Source: Zygnema circumcarinatum SAG 698-1b (Eukaryota > Plantae > Zygnematophyceae). From it: 64,000 nucleotides of DNA. The number at the start of each line of letters is the position of its first letter. Position 1 is the stretch's first letter. Shown here in pieces: positions 28,386-40,829 of the stretch. A model generated the notes under the pieces. It was not told the origin of the DNA, did no database searches, and saw only the letters and a program-made list of their open reading frames with translations. The stretch spans positions 3,856,829 to 3,920,828 of the forward strand of contig CM074807.1 of assembly GCA_037447605.1 (NCBI GenBank), written 5' to 3'. Position numbers and translations under genes: made by a program.

Positions 28386-28864
28386 AGGACAGGAGCATTG
28401 AATGAGTCCAACAGCCTCCTTGCTGTAGTTGCGCAACCTCGACCTTGCGCTCGCCGACGACCGAACCCGCGACGTGCCGGCTGTGGCTCTGGCCTGTACG
28501 AAAAAAAGGATCGTCTTCTATTGTGCAAGGGCGCACGTACAAAGTAAAAATTGCGATCAGAAACACAAAGAACGGCTCCGTCCGTCCGACGGCACCTCGA
28601 CCACCGTCGATGTCCGTCGTCGCCAGCTGTTCCCATGTGATACGCCAAATATCCCCACCCGGTGCGGGTCGCAGCCCCCCCCCACTAGGGATGGCCCGCG
28701 TTATAAAGTCCGATTACATTATATACTTTACAACGGGTTTAAAAGTAGTAATATAGTACAATGTAAAACACTTTATTACATATATTATACCCACTCGTTT
28801 TGAACAATTGACGACCGTAGTCGTACGGTCGTACGGTCGTACCATACCAAAATTAGGTCTTTGG

Positions 28865-29709
28865 CAGGCCTCTTCAAATAGGGGAGATCCCCTAAATATC
28901 GTAAATAGCTTATTTATGTAAGATTTTGAGATTAGTTTACGTGATTTCAACTTAAATACCACACAAGCCCCAAAAAAGCATTTTTTTGGTTAAAAACAAA
29001 AAGGAAATGAATTGCAGTTGCAACCACGATAGCAATGATGTATATGAACTTTACTTGTTGGTATAACAACACGGCTTTAGAAACTGGTGCAACCTCTTTG
29101 ACTCTTATAGATTGGTAAATTTTACCAATCAATTAGAACAACTGTGCATTTGGCAATCACAACATATAGTTGCTTATTCAAAAACCCAATTGCACTGAAA
29201 CTTTGTAGATCCAATCCTAAGCTCTCTATTTCCTTTTCCATCCATCATTAATTACTCCAAGTATCACTTTAGAATCCATCATAGTCTTGAAATTTCCTCA
29301 CAAAAACTCTATTCCAAATCATTACCTCTGAAATTCAAGGTGTAGTCACAAAAGAAAAACTGAAATAGGAACTAAAATTAGAAATGAAATGAAAAATGGT
29401 CTCACTCCCTTAGGAGTTTTAGGCTGATCAAGACAGCTATAGAAGTGATGCAAACTACTCAAAGAGACCNNNNNNNNNNAATGAAAAGTCTGTCAACCTC
29501 TTTCGAAACTCGTCTTTCTCCCATCCAATTACTGAAAAATCAGACTCGACGGTAGCAATGTTGGGAAATGATGAAGCAAGGTCTCCACAAAATTCTCGTC
29601 CGTACGTGTACCGTTTCGTCCGTACAGTCCATATTTACGTGTTTTTACAAAACCAAGTTAGGGGACAGTCCCCTATCTTAAGCCGAAATCCCCTATTTGA
29701 AGAGGCCTG
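28865..29709 (-). mobile_element. hAT transposon internal-deletion derivative nested in the MITE
   Basis: Perfect 21-bp TIR CAGGCCTCTTCAAATAGGGGA and perfect 8-bp TSD GTCTTTGG (28857-28864 and 29710-29717). Carries a transposase remnant and an N gap at 29470-29479. Confidence 0.93.
29480..29598 (-). pseudogene. hAT-like transposase C-terminal (dimerisation-region) remnant
   Basis: Reads REFCGDLASSFPNIATVESDFSVIGWEKDEFRKRLTDFS up to the gap, inside TIRs with an 8-bp TSD. The family match is recalled, not searched. Confidence 0.7.
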
Positions 29710-31396
29710 GTCTTTGGGCGTTGGCGTTGCGAAATGCGTCCGTCTGGCTCACTCTGTATAATACCGTACAGTAGTACGACCGTAACGACCGTACATGTTG
29801 TAAAGGCGTTGTAAAGTATTATATAACAGCCGTTATCTAGTCGTCACAGTTATATAATATAATATATATTATATAGTCGTAATTAAGCCATCCCTAGTCG
29901 CAGCCCCCCACGAGCCTCCCCGTCGCGCAACACGTGGCGCCATCGGAGTCGTCCACGGCCCCATTCCGCACGTCCGTCCAAAGCCGGTCTGTCGGCTCCG
30001 CCCGACCGCCACGGAAGTCAACGCCAGTCAGCCGGCAACCTCCAAGGTCGCCGCCCGCCCGGAAGTACGGACGCGCTTCCGCCATTGACATGCCCACGCA
30101 AGTGGCCGCTGCGCTGGGCGCCAGCTGGTGGCCTCTGACTGGGTTTGGTCCTACAGTAGCGGTTTCCGTCCGGCCACCTGTCCTGTTCGGTCCGGCCCGA
30201 GCGGCCCAGCACTGTACGGTCGAGGGGCCGGGCAAGGGGCTGGAGGACCAGCGGTATGTGCGATACGATACGATACATTATAGTACGATTCGATATGGGC
30301 TACGACGTCATGGAATGTGAAGAGCCGATATAATTCGATGTGGTACGATACAGTACATGCAGTACAATACGATACGATGGCCCACGATGGCTCTCAAACA
30401 TGGCGACAAACAACCACAAACAACCACAGCGAGTCTCACGCTATTGCCAATGCCTCCCCGTTCTGATTGAAAGGGTTGGATGGGAGCCACCAACAACAAC
30501 GACAATATAGTCCAAAGTGAGCATGCAGCCACCACTAGCAAGAGGGCAGCTAAATGGGATCCCAAAGAGCACTCCACTCCCTCCATGGCGTGGCGAGCAG
30601 ACCAAGCCGCTGCACACAGCCACCAACAGAGGCACGTTTTAAAATGCATCTCGGTACAGCACTATTATAGTCCTATGCAGTCAGTGCCTTTGGCCCCATA
30701 CGAGAAAAAAAAAATCATCAAAGACATGCATTGGTGGCTTCCGTTATTCTCCCCACTGTCTACATTTCTCCCCGGACTCGAGTCAGGCAGAAAAATAAAG
30801 CTATCTCTGCTTGAACCTATAGTCTGCTCTGCCTGAATGAGTGAGATGGTGGTCAGGGAATTGTAGTCATTTTGAAGTCAGCAGCCTCACGCTCTGAGAG
30901 TCAATTGTCATCATTCCACCATCGCTAAGCCGAGCTATACTATTCACTCACTCTCTCTCTCCTCTCTCTCACACATGTGCCTCTCCCACACCTCTTCCTT
31001 AGAACAACCCAAAATTGCAAGTGGAGGCTCAGCTTTCTCAGAAAGCAGTGAGATGGACGGGAAGAAGCTCAGAAGGACCCATTGATAAAAAACGATCCTT
31101 CAGCCACCCCGAGGGGGCGACCAATCACAGAATCAAAATCATCACCGCTCTCTCGTCCACCTCCGAGCACTGCACTAAGTGACGTCATCAAACATACTAA
31201 ACATACCAAACAAAAAAACCCACGAGGGTAAAGTGACAATGGAGTGGTTGGTTTCAGAGCCTCAGATCAGGTCTTGTGGTGTCTCATCAAGGATAAATTC
31301 AGGCAATGTAGGTAAGAATTTGTGTTTCTCATCATCGGTCAACTTCCAACCACCTCCAATGACACTTTGCACTTGAATTCCTCTACGAGGAGAGAA

Positions 31397-31445
<49 letters not shown>

Positions 31446-31455
31446 NNNNNNNNNN

Positions 31456-31503
<48 letters not shown>

Positions 31504-32219
31504 AGAGAGAGGGGAGAGGACCGGAGAGGTGAGAATTGAAGCTGAGGAAGTTCAAAAAATAAAAATAAAAATCTGCCCTATTTCAAGAGGTGGTGAGAAG
31601 CTCCTCAGTTAAATGTTTCCACATGAACATTCGGCAGTTTATTTGAATAAGCATCTTTGGAGCTTCCCACCACTCTGCTCCAATTCAAAGAACCGCGGCA
31701 ACCTTCTGCCACACCTATGATAATCTGCTGCATATTATAAATCAGTGATAAGCTACGTAAGAATACCAAGTACAAGAGGGCGACCAAAAATAGGACCAAA
31801 TTAAGTGGTGAAGAAACCCACTGCACTACCAAATGCTTGAGAGGGTTCACAGATCTCATCATGTTCCAAAAATCAGCTGAATTCACATAAGCCTAAAGGA
31901 TATCATTTTGCACACTCTAGGAAGACCTCTAAGAGTGAAAGCACTCTTTGGCTCTATGAATGCCAAGGGCTTCATAGAAATGAATGCTGAAACTTTAGCG
32001 GGTAGATGATAGTGATCGGTAGGTTTCAATAGGCTTAAATAAGACTGGTGTTAGCTAGTGTGAAACAGGGGAGACAAAATCATAGAGCAGGTAGAGCAGA
32101 TAGAGCAGGTAGAGGAGGTTCAACGGAATTCAGTAAGGAGATACGGACCTGCATCATTTCCCTCGAATGCAGCTTCCAGAAATTTCGTCCACGGAGAGTG
32201 CTGAGTCGACTGAAAATTC

Positions 32220-33029
32220 TCACATCCGTCCCCGCTCCCTCTTCAAACTTTGCTTTTTTGTTTTAGCGACACCATTCTTTGAGCTCCTGCTTACAACCCC
32301 ATTTAAATTTTTAGACCCCTTCTGCTTCTCCTCGGACCTCTTCTTCAAATATTCTGCAATCAGCACCTCCTCTCTGCTGCTTCTGTTGAGCTCCCTCCTC
32401 AATCTTGCGTTCTCCCGAAAGTCCCTCGAATCCCTGAAATATGACCTGAACAACTGCTCCATTTCGAGAGTGTCCCTCCCTCCCTCTCTCTCACTCGTCA
32501 AAACTCCCTCCATTCCCTCTTCTCTACCAACACTCCCTCGCACAACTCCTTCAACACTCCATCTACTCGTTGAACGGAAGTCTTCCACACTCCCCCCCTC
32601 TAACAGAGCCCGAAACTGAAGTGTCATAGCATCTGCTACCCTCTTTCGCCCCTTTGCCTTTCCCCCAAGAGAGGGAGGCTCTATACCCGGCCGAAAACCA
32701 CCAGTAAGAGTGCTGTAGTTTGCAACAGCAGCTGTAGGAGTCATACTTGGCTGGAGAATGGCTCCGCTGCCTTCTGCAAGTTTTGCAATATCTCGTGCTA
32801 GTCGAGCTACTGAAGGATGGTAGTGATTACAGAGAAGAGGAAGGTCCCAAAGCACTGAAGAGAGAGCACCGCTAGTCTCGGGATCAGGGCCTTCGGGTCG
32901 ATGGACCTGCACAGGATTACAATATGTTGTTATACATACATGAATGAATGAATGAAGAGATGTGAGGTTACAGTGCATTGTAGGTGGAACGAGCTGTACA
33001 TGTTCGCAGCATAAGAGAGGGAGGGGGAA

Positions 33030-33088
<59 letters not shown>

Positions 33089-36000
33089 AAGAGTGAGAGA
33101 GAGAGAGGTGGGCAGTTGTGTTGTACTGCTTTTGCATATGCTGTTTCCAATCAAATTTTCAAACTGTTTTCAATCAATCAGGGAGTTGTTTCAGTTAGCC
33201 ACACATCAATCAGCTTGGACAGCGAGAGAGGCTTCTTGAAAACTTGCAAAAGTAGAAAAAGTTGAGGATACATACCGACACACCGATCAATGCTCCCCCC
33301 CCGCCCGGATCATTTTCCAGCATGTTTCGGCATTTTGAATGGCGTTGGAGCAGATGCCTCACCAAAACTAGCACTGCACAAAATACCGAACACAATCAGT
33401 ACATGATCTCTCCAACCAACCCTTTCAATGGTTCAAAATAACCGTTTGACGGCGCGTTCCCCCTACAGATCGACTACACCTTCTAGTCAACCAGCCCACT
33501 ATTCATTTAGCTAAAAAGACAAGGGAAAACATCACCCTCAGTTTTGACCTCGTAGCTCACACCAAACAGCCATCTGAACTTCCGTCCCATCTAGCACCCC
33601 CCAATACCTCCCTTACATTATCCTCAGCAAAAGTGCTGCAAAGTGGCTGCTCCGTCACAACATCCCTACCCCAATGTTCAGTAGACTTGCAGTAGACTAC
33701 TTTACTACTCTACTTTACTTTCAGTAGACTTGTCCCCCCAGCTTGAGTGTAGGAGAGGAGGACCCCTTACCCGCCATAGCTCTGCCTGAGTCGAAATGCA
33801 GAGCAGCCGCCGCCAGTCTCTTCACAAAAGCTGCACATCTTTGCAGGTCCGTCTGCCTCCCCTCCCACAGCATGGCCTGCAAAGCCTCTGCCAGCACTTC
33901 ATAGCCGCTGCATCCACAACTTTTTTCATACAGGATTCAGCATGCTGAAGTGGATCATATCATGTTTGTGCAAAATCATGCTATTGCAGCTAGGTAACAT
34001 AGTCATACAGGATTCAGCATGCTGAAGTATGCTGTAGGATCATATCATGTTTGTGCAAAATCATCCTATTGCAGGGTAGGTAACATAGTCCGTTTCTGAC
34101 TCCATCTCTACTGCCTGCCACATCCTAGAACAAACGACCAACATTGGTCTGAATGATACATATGGACACCAAGAAACACGAACCAATCAGTGAAAGAATA
34201 TCTTTTATTCCTTTAATTGTAGCTTCTACAACTCAAACATATGTATGGAACACGCAATCACCACAAGCTTTTCGTTTCATAAAATCAAGACAAAACAACA
34301 AGCTGCCTACCTTCATCCTGCAACAGTTTTCCATTTCACTGCATGCTGAGGATGTACAAACCTGTTCACTAATGGAGCCTCCAGCAGCAAAGCATAGAGC
34401 TGCTTGTAAAACTCCCGGAGGTCGACATTCAGAGCATCCATATTGCTTTTCACAATGCGAAATGCGACCAGACAGCAACCCAGCCTCTCCTCAACAGAAA
34501 GCTCCTCCTCCTCCTCCTCCTCCTCCTCCTCCTCCTCCTTCTCCTTCCCATCCCCCTCCAAAGGTTGCCCATCGCTCGTTTCGAGAACTGATAACCTTCC
34601 TTTCGCCAATCTTCTCAACACCTCCAAAATATCAGCCATGAAGTCAACACTGACAAGATGCGAGAACTTGGATAGCCCCTCCAAAGTAGTTTTTAGCAAT
34701 GGACGGGGGCCGAGATGAGCTGCTCCTGATCCATCTGCTAGACTGCATAAAAGCAGCAATCGTGGTTCATTCAAAATAAGGATTAAAAGTAAGTCATCAC
34801 CATGCAATGCATCGCATTTTCTAGTCTATTTTTCCCTCGGTTTCAGCCCCATATATGAAACGCAAGTACTGTATTGCTCTAAGACTGGACGTATTACACT
34901 AAATATGCGTGCATTATCCCAGGACCTGTCTTGAAGAATGCAGACAACTCTCCTTGAAATGTGTATTTTTTTTCCAAGACTTTCAATGGGCAAGTTGTCA
35001 AAACTAAAAGCTTCTATATTTGCTCACATCATGGAAGTTGGCAAAAGGCTAGTTTTGAGGACACGGAAATATGTCTCAAAAACGGCAGTCAAAACTGCAG
35101 CTTGTGCCTGCTTGCGCTGCGATGCATCTGCCACCGCTTGAGACTCGAGAAAATCAGATGCAACCTGCAACCCCCTCTCATCCAACATCCCTTCATCAAA
35201 CATGAACGGCTATGTCGATAAAGAACATGCACTGAAAGGAGCTGCACATGCAAACTTAACCATAGTAGTCACCTTTGTAGTCTTATTAATCACGTTTCAG
35301 AGTAATAAGCTTAGAATAAGCTTAGCTATAGCGACGGAAACTTTTGACCTCTAACCACTCCAACACCACTCAAACAAATCTGTTTCCTGACAAACTCACC
35401 TCCTTATGGAGCTTGGAAGAAAGTCGTTTTTTCTCAATTTTGCGCTGCCGTTTGGACATGAGAGTGAGAGAGTTTTTTACATCTGCTGACATTTCCGGAG
35501 TTCCTGCATTGCGACCCCCCCCCTTCCCCTTCTTTCTGCCCCCTTTGGCCGATTTGTCGCCATCTGATCCTGAAGCACGCCCCAAGTCTTCATCAAATCG
35601 CAGCTGCAGGAACACCTGCAAAAAAAGGCAAGGTTGCAATTGGAGTAAAGTGAGTACAACTGCATGGGTGAATGAATGGTCCAATGAAAATGAATGGTTC
35701 AAGGCATTTTGGATCCATTCTGCTACCATAACAACTCCTAGCGCAAAAGCTTGGCGGCTATGTGCTATATGTTTAAGCTCTAATGTGTCTAAATAGAGCG
35801 TAGCCAACGAGAGCTGAAAGGTGGTGTACAGATCGTTTAGGAAGGAAAACAAAAGGTGCAAATTCAACGGCATCAGATTTCTTGTATAGCAGGCGAAAGG
35901 CAGAGAGGTGGCACTCTCCTAGCAGCCGGCAACAAGCACATACTTGGAAACTCTCTCCTCCTACATGCACTTCTGTCAAAAAACTAGCTCGGGTATCGTA

Positions 36001-39000
36001 GGTTGTCAGTTTCCTTCAGTCTTGCAAACCAGAGTGTTGTTTCAGAATTCATTGATGAGAGACTATTCTAGCATAGGGTTCATCTTTCCGGAAAATAGTG
36101 CATACCTCCACTGCTTGTGGGCGGACCATGCAATGTCGCTGCCTGACAAGATCTGCAATGAGCTGCACAACCTCTGCGGTAGCCTCTCCTCCATGGCGGC
36201 TCTCTCGCGCAAAAACTTCCTTCACAGCATTGCAGCATATGCAGCTGCACCGTTGAATTGAAATGACGGGAGCATATCCCCTTAACTGGATCAGAAAAGG
36301 AACCCTTCCATGCACTTTCTGAACTTTCGTCCCACTCTTTTCCCTCCCTCTCCCATCTCTCTGAGCTCCTCCTCTATTCCCCGACCTTCCATTGTCCCCT
36401 TAACTGGATCAGAAAAGGAACCCTTCCAGGCAGTTTCTGAACTTTCATCCCACTCTTTTCCCACTCTCTCCCATCTCTCTGAGCTCGTCCTCTCTTCCCC
36501 GATCTTCCATCACCCTATATAGACGCCACTCATTTCTCTGACGGGTCTACTCAACTCTCACTTCCCTCAGCTCTCTAACATCATATGACCTTCCCGTTTG
36601 ACTCCATTAAGGCTTAAAGATCGGGTAGGAGGGCTTGTGCTCTAACCCATAAAGCTCTAAAACAGTATAGCTTGCTAGAAAAAGGAGTAAGCATTCCCCT
36701 TTCACATTGAACATTGCAAGAAGATTCAGTGGCTTTGCCTGCAGCTTACTCCTTACCTGACCTCATTGTCGGCTGCATCCATTCGTGGAATAAGAGCACC
36801 AAGCAAACTTGTCCGAAAATTGAAGTGAGGTGCAGCTGCCAGTAATTGGCCCATGCATCGCAGGGCCAATACTCGCTTGGACGGCACCTTGGCCGCCTTC
36901 ATCAGCCACTGAACATACATCTGCACAAGGGCTAGCGCACAAATAACCCCAAGGTACAAACGATACGGATGAATGCCTTAACAAGAAACGGCTCTTACAT
37001 GTTAGAGACGGCTTCCCATCGAAAAGTAATCTCCCAGTGTAAACAAAAAGGGATGGGAAGGCAAAGCTAACCGCAAACCGGTTCACTAAATCTCAAGTAT
37101 CACAGCAGGAATTCCGTATAATGCCAGTAGTGAAGCAGTTTGGGTGGTCTTTGTATGACTTTTCTGCAACTTTGCTTCACCCACCTGATACGCACGCAGG
37201 AGTGCCGCTTCATATTCGCGAAGTTTTCGGACTTCCTTAGAGACTGCCATAGCAGCTTCTTTGCCTGTGGGCAAACGAATTCGATATCCAGGCAGAATGT
37301 CTTTGAACACAGCAGCCAATGAAAGAACTGCAAGAGAGACCACCATATCATCGGCGTCTTCACACATTTCCTGCACAAAGATCGGAGAGTCATTAGAACA
37401 TGCAGATCAACCCACCAAGATACAGTTAGGACCAGCAAGACCTGATACACAATAGAGTGAGGTGCTGCAAACGCACATATGGAGCGAGACGCTCATATAG
37501 ACATCTAATTGGATTTGCTACAACAATGAGGAAAGAATGAAACAAAAAAAAAAAATGAAACAATGAGGAAAGTGTTAGGGTTCTTCAGCAAAACTGATAG
37601 TGAAAAGTTGAAATATTTATCACCTGAAGTTCCTTCAAGTGTCCAATGTGGGTTTCAGGGTCTGTCAGGAGAGCTGTTCCAAGCTCTGCCATTCGCAGCC
37701 TCGACTTTTCTCGTCTTTTTTCCACACTAATCTCCTGCTCCAGCTCCTTCTCAACAGCAGCCTGCCAATCCGACTTGCACAAAAAATAAGATACAGTAAA
37801 GGAATTTCCCAATATACAGACATTCACCATGTTAGTTGCAGTTGCCATAGACTCAAAGTTTCACACAAGCATCCACAGATTCTGCGTTCTGAGTTCTGAG
37901 TTCCTGTGCTATACGTTTATTGCACATTCATGACTTACCAATTCCTGATGCCTAGAAGTCTCAAAGGCATCACCTTTGTCCTCCTCCTGGTCCAGCGTCC
38001 CATTCTCGGTCCTTTTCTTCCTGAGCTCCTTCAGTTTTCGCTTCTCTTCCTTGCGCAGCTTCTTTGTGGGTTGTCCTTGTGCAGGTTCTTCCTCTTCTGC
38101 AGTTGCATGGTCAACTTCTGCACTTTCTTTGCCTCTTAGGACAGCTCGGCGCTCCTCAAGTGTCGCAGGACCGTCTCCTGCAAATCGGAATAAAGGCTGT
38201 CAATAAGCATTATTGACAACGTAAGCATTCTGCACAGACCCCAGGTCCCCTATGAAGTAAAAACAAGTCTTTCAAACAGAGAGGATGGAAAAGAGCTCTA
38301 AACAACACTCCTGCATAAGTGAAACTATATTTGCATTCAACCAGAAACCTAGTTATCATTTGAACACAGAGCCAGCTATGGTCTCCGCAAATCGACTAAT
38401 AACCTGGCAAAGCTATCAGATCAATGCACACAGATCGAAGGTTATTGACGCTAAAAGTTTGAGCTTGTCAAACCTAACGCATGGCTATTTGGTTTTGTAC
38501 TCAATACGGCAACTTGCTACATAATCCACTATGCAATTCAACACCCCAAAATCAAACTCAGACTGAACGCATCAAAAGCCGTCCACGGCCTACAACATCA
38601 GAGAATGCAGAAATATGTCAAAAAAAAAAAACTAGAAGAATAATCTCGGAGTAAGAACCTATCACATATTGCTCGTCCAACTATGCATCCCCCTATATGG
38701 AAGAAAGGGGTGGGGGCGAGGGATCTTGGCATTAAGTTACATATGTGATGTTGCCTGCCATAGAGGCAACATTCACAGTCACCGAATACACAGGACATGT
38801 CACTAAACTTTCCGACTCCCAATACTCAAAGAAGGGTCAACAGCATGTTCCAAGCCAAGACAAGCGCTTCACCGACAAGGACAAGACCATCTCACGATGA
38901 CGATCACCTTCTACCAAGCTAATCATGGCCACATAGGCAAAGTCCCACCTTGCTCGTCAGTAAATATCTGGCGTCCGTACACAAGCTTTCCATCCAAAGT

Positions 39001-40097
39001 CTTGACAGGGAGAGCATCCACGGGGTCCACAGAGATCCCTCGTCCCGTTCCATCTTCCTCCCTCTCTACTGTCCGTCTCGCCTTTTTCTCGTACTCTTCC
39101 TCTAAGTTTTCCTGTCGTGCCTTCTTCTGCGGCCGAACTTCGTCAGGCTTCTTCGAGCCCACCGCTCTGAGCCCTCCACAAAAAATATCCAGGAATCCAA
39201 AACCCTGTGAAAAAACGGCTACTGAATCACACAATTGGTGGAGAAGTTATACTTTCCATTAACTCTAAGCCTGGCGATTTAATTTCACTTACAATAAAAT
39301 GAAGTGGACTGAAGAGCCAATGAAAACGCACTTTGAAATGAGAACATTACCGGGAGCCCCTGAAGAGCTACTAAACCAGCTTGGTTGCAACCGATAGCAT
39401 GTTGAAGAACACTAAGAATCATGCATGCCTAGCCTTGCTTGCATAAAAGGTTTAGGCTAAGGTGTATCAAGAGTCCATTTCATAGAAAGTACATGAAAAC
39501 TTCCGTGAAATGAAGAAAAGGAAAAAACAGTTTAAACCGTCTGTTTGGACGATGCTCAGCAGAGTTTTAGCAGCAGTTCAGTTTTGTTCAAGTTCAGATA
39601 TCGAAAATGGCTTGCTGTACCTGTCAAGCTCCTCCTTGTTCAGCTTCGACAAAAAACTCGAGTACTTCCCATGGCTCTCGAAAAAGGCCAAATCGTCTTC
39701 TGACACCTCGACCTCCTCCTCCACGTCCACGAGAGGCGGTGGCTCGATCACAGGCGGCCCCAGCTGCGCGAGCAGATGGATAGCTGTCAGCTTCTTGCAA
39801 GCTCACCCTCACCGATGCGCCCTACACAGAAACCCTCAACAGAGCTTCAGCTCCATTCACTACTTCCCTCCAGCAACAATACTCCCCTCTCAAAGCACCT
39901 AAATGACACACCACACAGCCTCACCACACTCCCTCCCCCCCCCAATCATGACTCGCTTTCAAAAGCTCCAACAATGCAGCAGCATAGGACAAGTGTTTTA
40001 TGCTAACGCAGACCCTAAATTGCCCCTCGTTCCTGTCAACCATCTCCCCCCTCGGGAATCCCCAAACACCCACCTTTCTCTTCGCCCTCTGCCCCAT
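32220..40097 (-). CDS. NOC3: Nucleolar complex protein 3 homolog, multi-exon
   Basis: MGQRAKRK, EVSEDDLAFF, DALPVKTLDGKLVY, LAAVFKDILPGYRIRLPT, APHFNFR, LEGLSKFSHL...DF, AAFVKRL, LWDLPLLCNHYHPSV. Stop at 32220. Confidence 0.93.
33927..34089. repeat. Imperfect intronic tandem duplication (77 + 86 bp) in NOC3
   Basis: catacaggattcagcatgctgaagt...ggtaacatagt occurs twice; the second copy has a short insertion. Confidence 0.9.
36277..36510. repeat. Intronic tandem duplication (period 118 bp) in NOC3
   Basis: tccccttaactggatcagaaaaggaacccttcca... starts at both 36277 and 36395. Confidence 0.9.
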
Positions 40098-40640
40098 CAG
40101 GGCCCCCCCGGTACTCCGCCGCAGAGAAACAGCAGCCCTGCAACCTCACTTCCTCTTCTCCCTTATGAGAACCCTAAAATCCAGCGAGCGATGGCCTCCC
40201 CTCCCACTGTCTCCGCTGCACCGAAAACCATGAGAGCTCTCAAAGAGGGAGAGCGAGAGAACGAGGGAGTGAGGAGAAGGCGGCGCTGTGAGCTTCTCTA
40301 TTGCGAGCTCATGTTGGGCATCGGCCAATAGAATGTCGCCACGTGTACACACAGATGCACGTGATTGGTTGAGCGCTTCGCAAGTGCTCACTCTGAACCG
40401 GCGGCGGCTCTCGTGACAGGAGGGCCGTCGGATCTGTGCGGGGGCGGGGGGGGCTCATCGGACGGCGGGGAGCAGGGCAATGGAGGGGAGAAAAAAAAAA
40501 GCTGTTGATCTTCGGATCGACCAAAGATCACTCGCCCCTCGTCAGGTCCACATTGACTTTTTTGGTCTATTTTTTAAGTTGAACCGATGCCTGAACTTAT
40601 TGAACTTCCCTTATCCGCGGAGCCGCCTTCAGACCTCTCG

Positions 40641-40642
<2 letters not shown>

Positions 40643-40728
<86 letters not shown>
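40643..40728 (+). repeat. (CT)n microsatellite in the NOC3/small-gene divergent region
   Basis: About 43 perfect CT units. Confidence 0.95.
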
Positions 40729-40731
<3 letters not shown>

Positions 40732-40829
40732 GTAGGGTTGGAGTAGTGTTGGGAGTGGTTCAGTGCAGGAAGGTATATTGGCGGCAGTCGCTGCCCGTTT
40801 CTTTTTGTTCTGCTGCTTGCAAGAAAACC

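Larger units (their letters stand above)
28686..29896. mobile_element. Ac-like hAT MITE (~358 bp when the nested insert is removed)
   Basis: TIR TAGGGATGGC...GCCATCCCTA, inverted subterminal repeats TACGGTCG/CGACCGTA and TTTACAACG/CGTTGTAAA, and a flanking direct repeat GTCGCAG(C)nAC. Confidence 0.8.
21067..31455. other. Five 10-N scaffold gaps (21067-21076, 23031-23040, 28127-28136, 29470-29479, 31446-31455)
   Basis: Fixed-length N runs, all beside low-complexity or repeat DNA. True gap sizes are unknown. Confidence 0.95.

Noticed and set aside
30140-30151. GPNP motif resembling CLE/PIP peptides in ORF 29894-30235
   Set aside because: It is internal rather than C-terminal, lacks the R..HN/H frame and has no supported link to a signal-peptide exon.
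30255-30380. (TACGA)n-like array, also near 12900
   Set aside because: A degenerate pentanucleotide simple repeat with no element boundaries.
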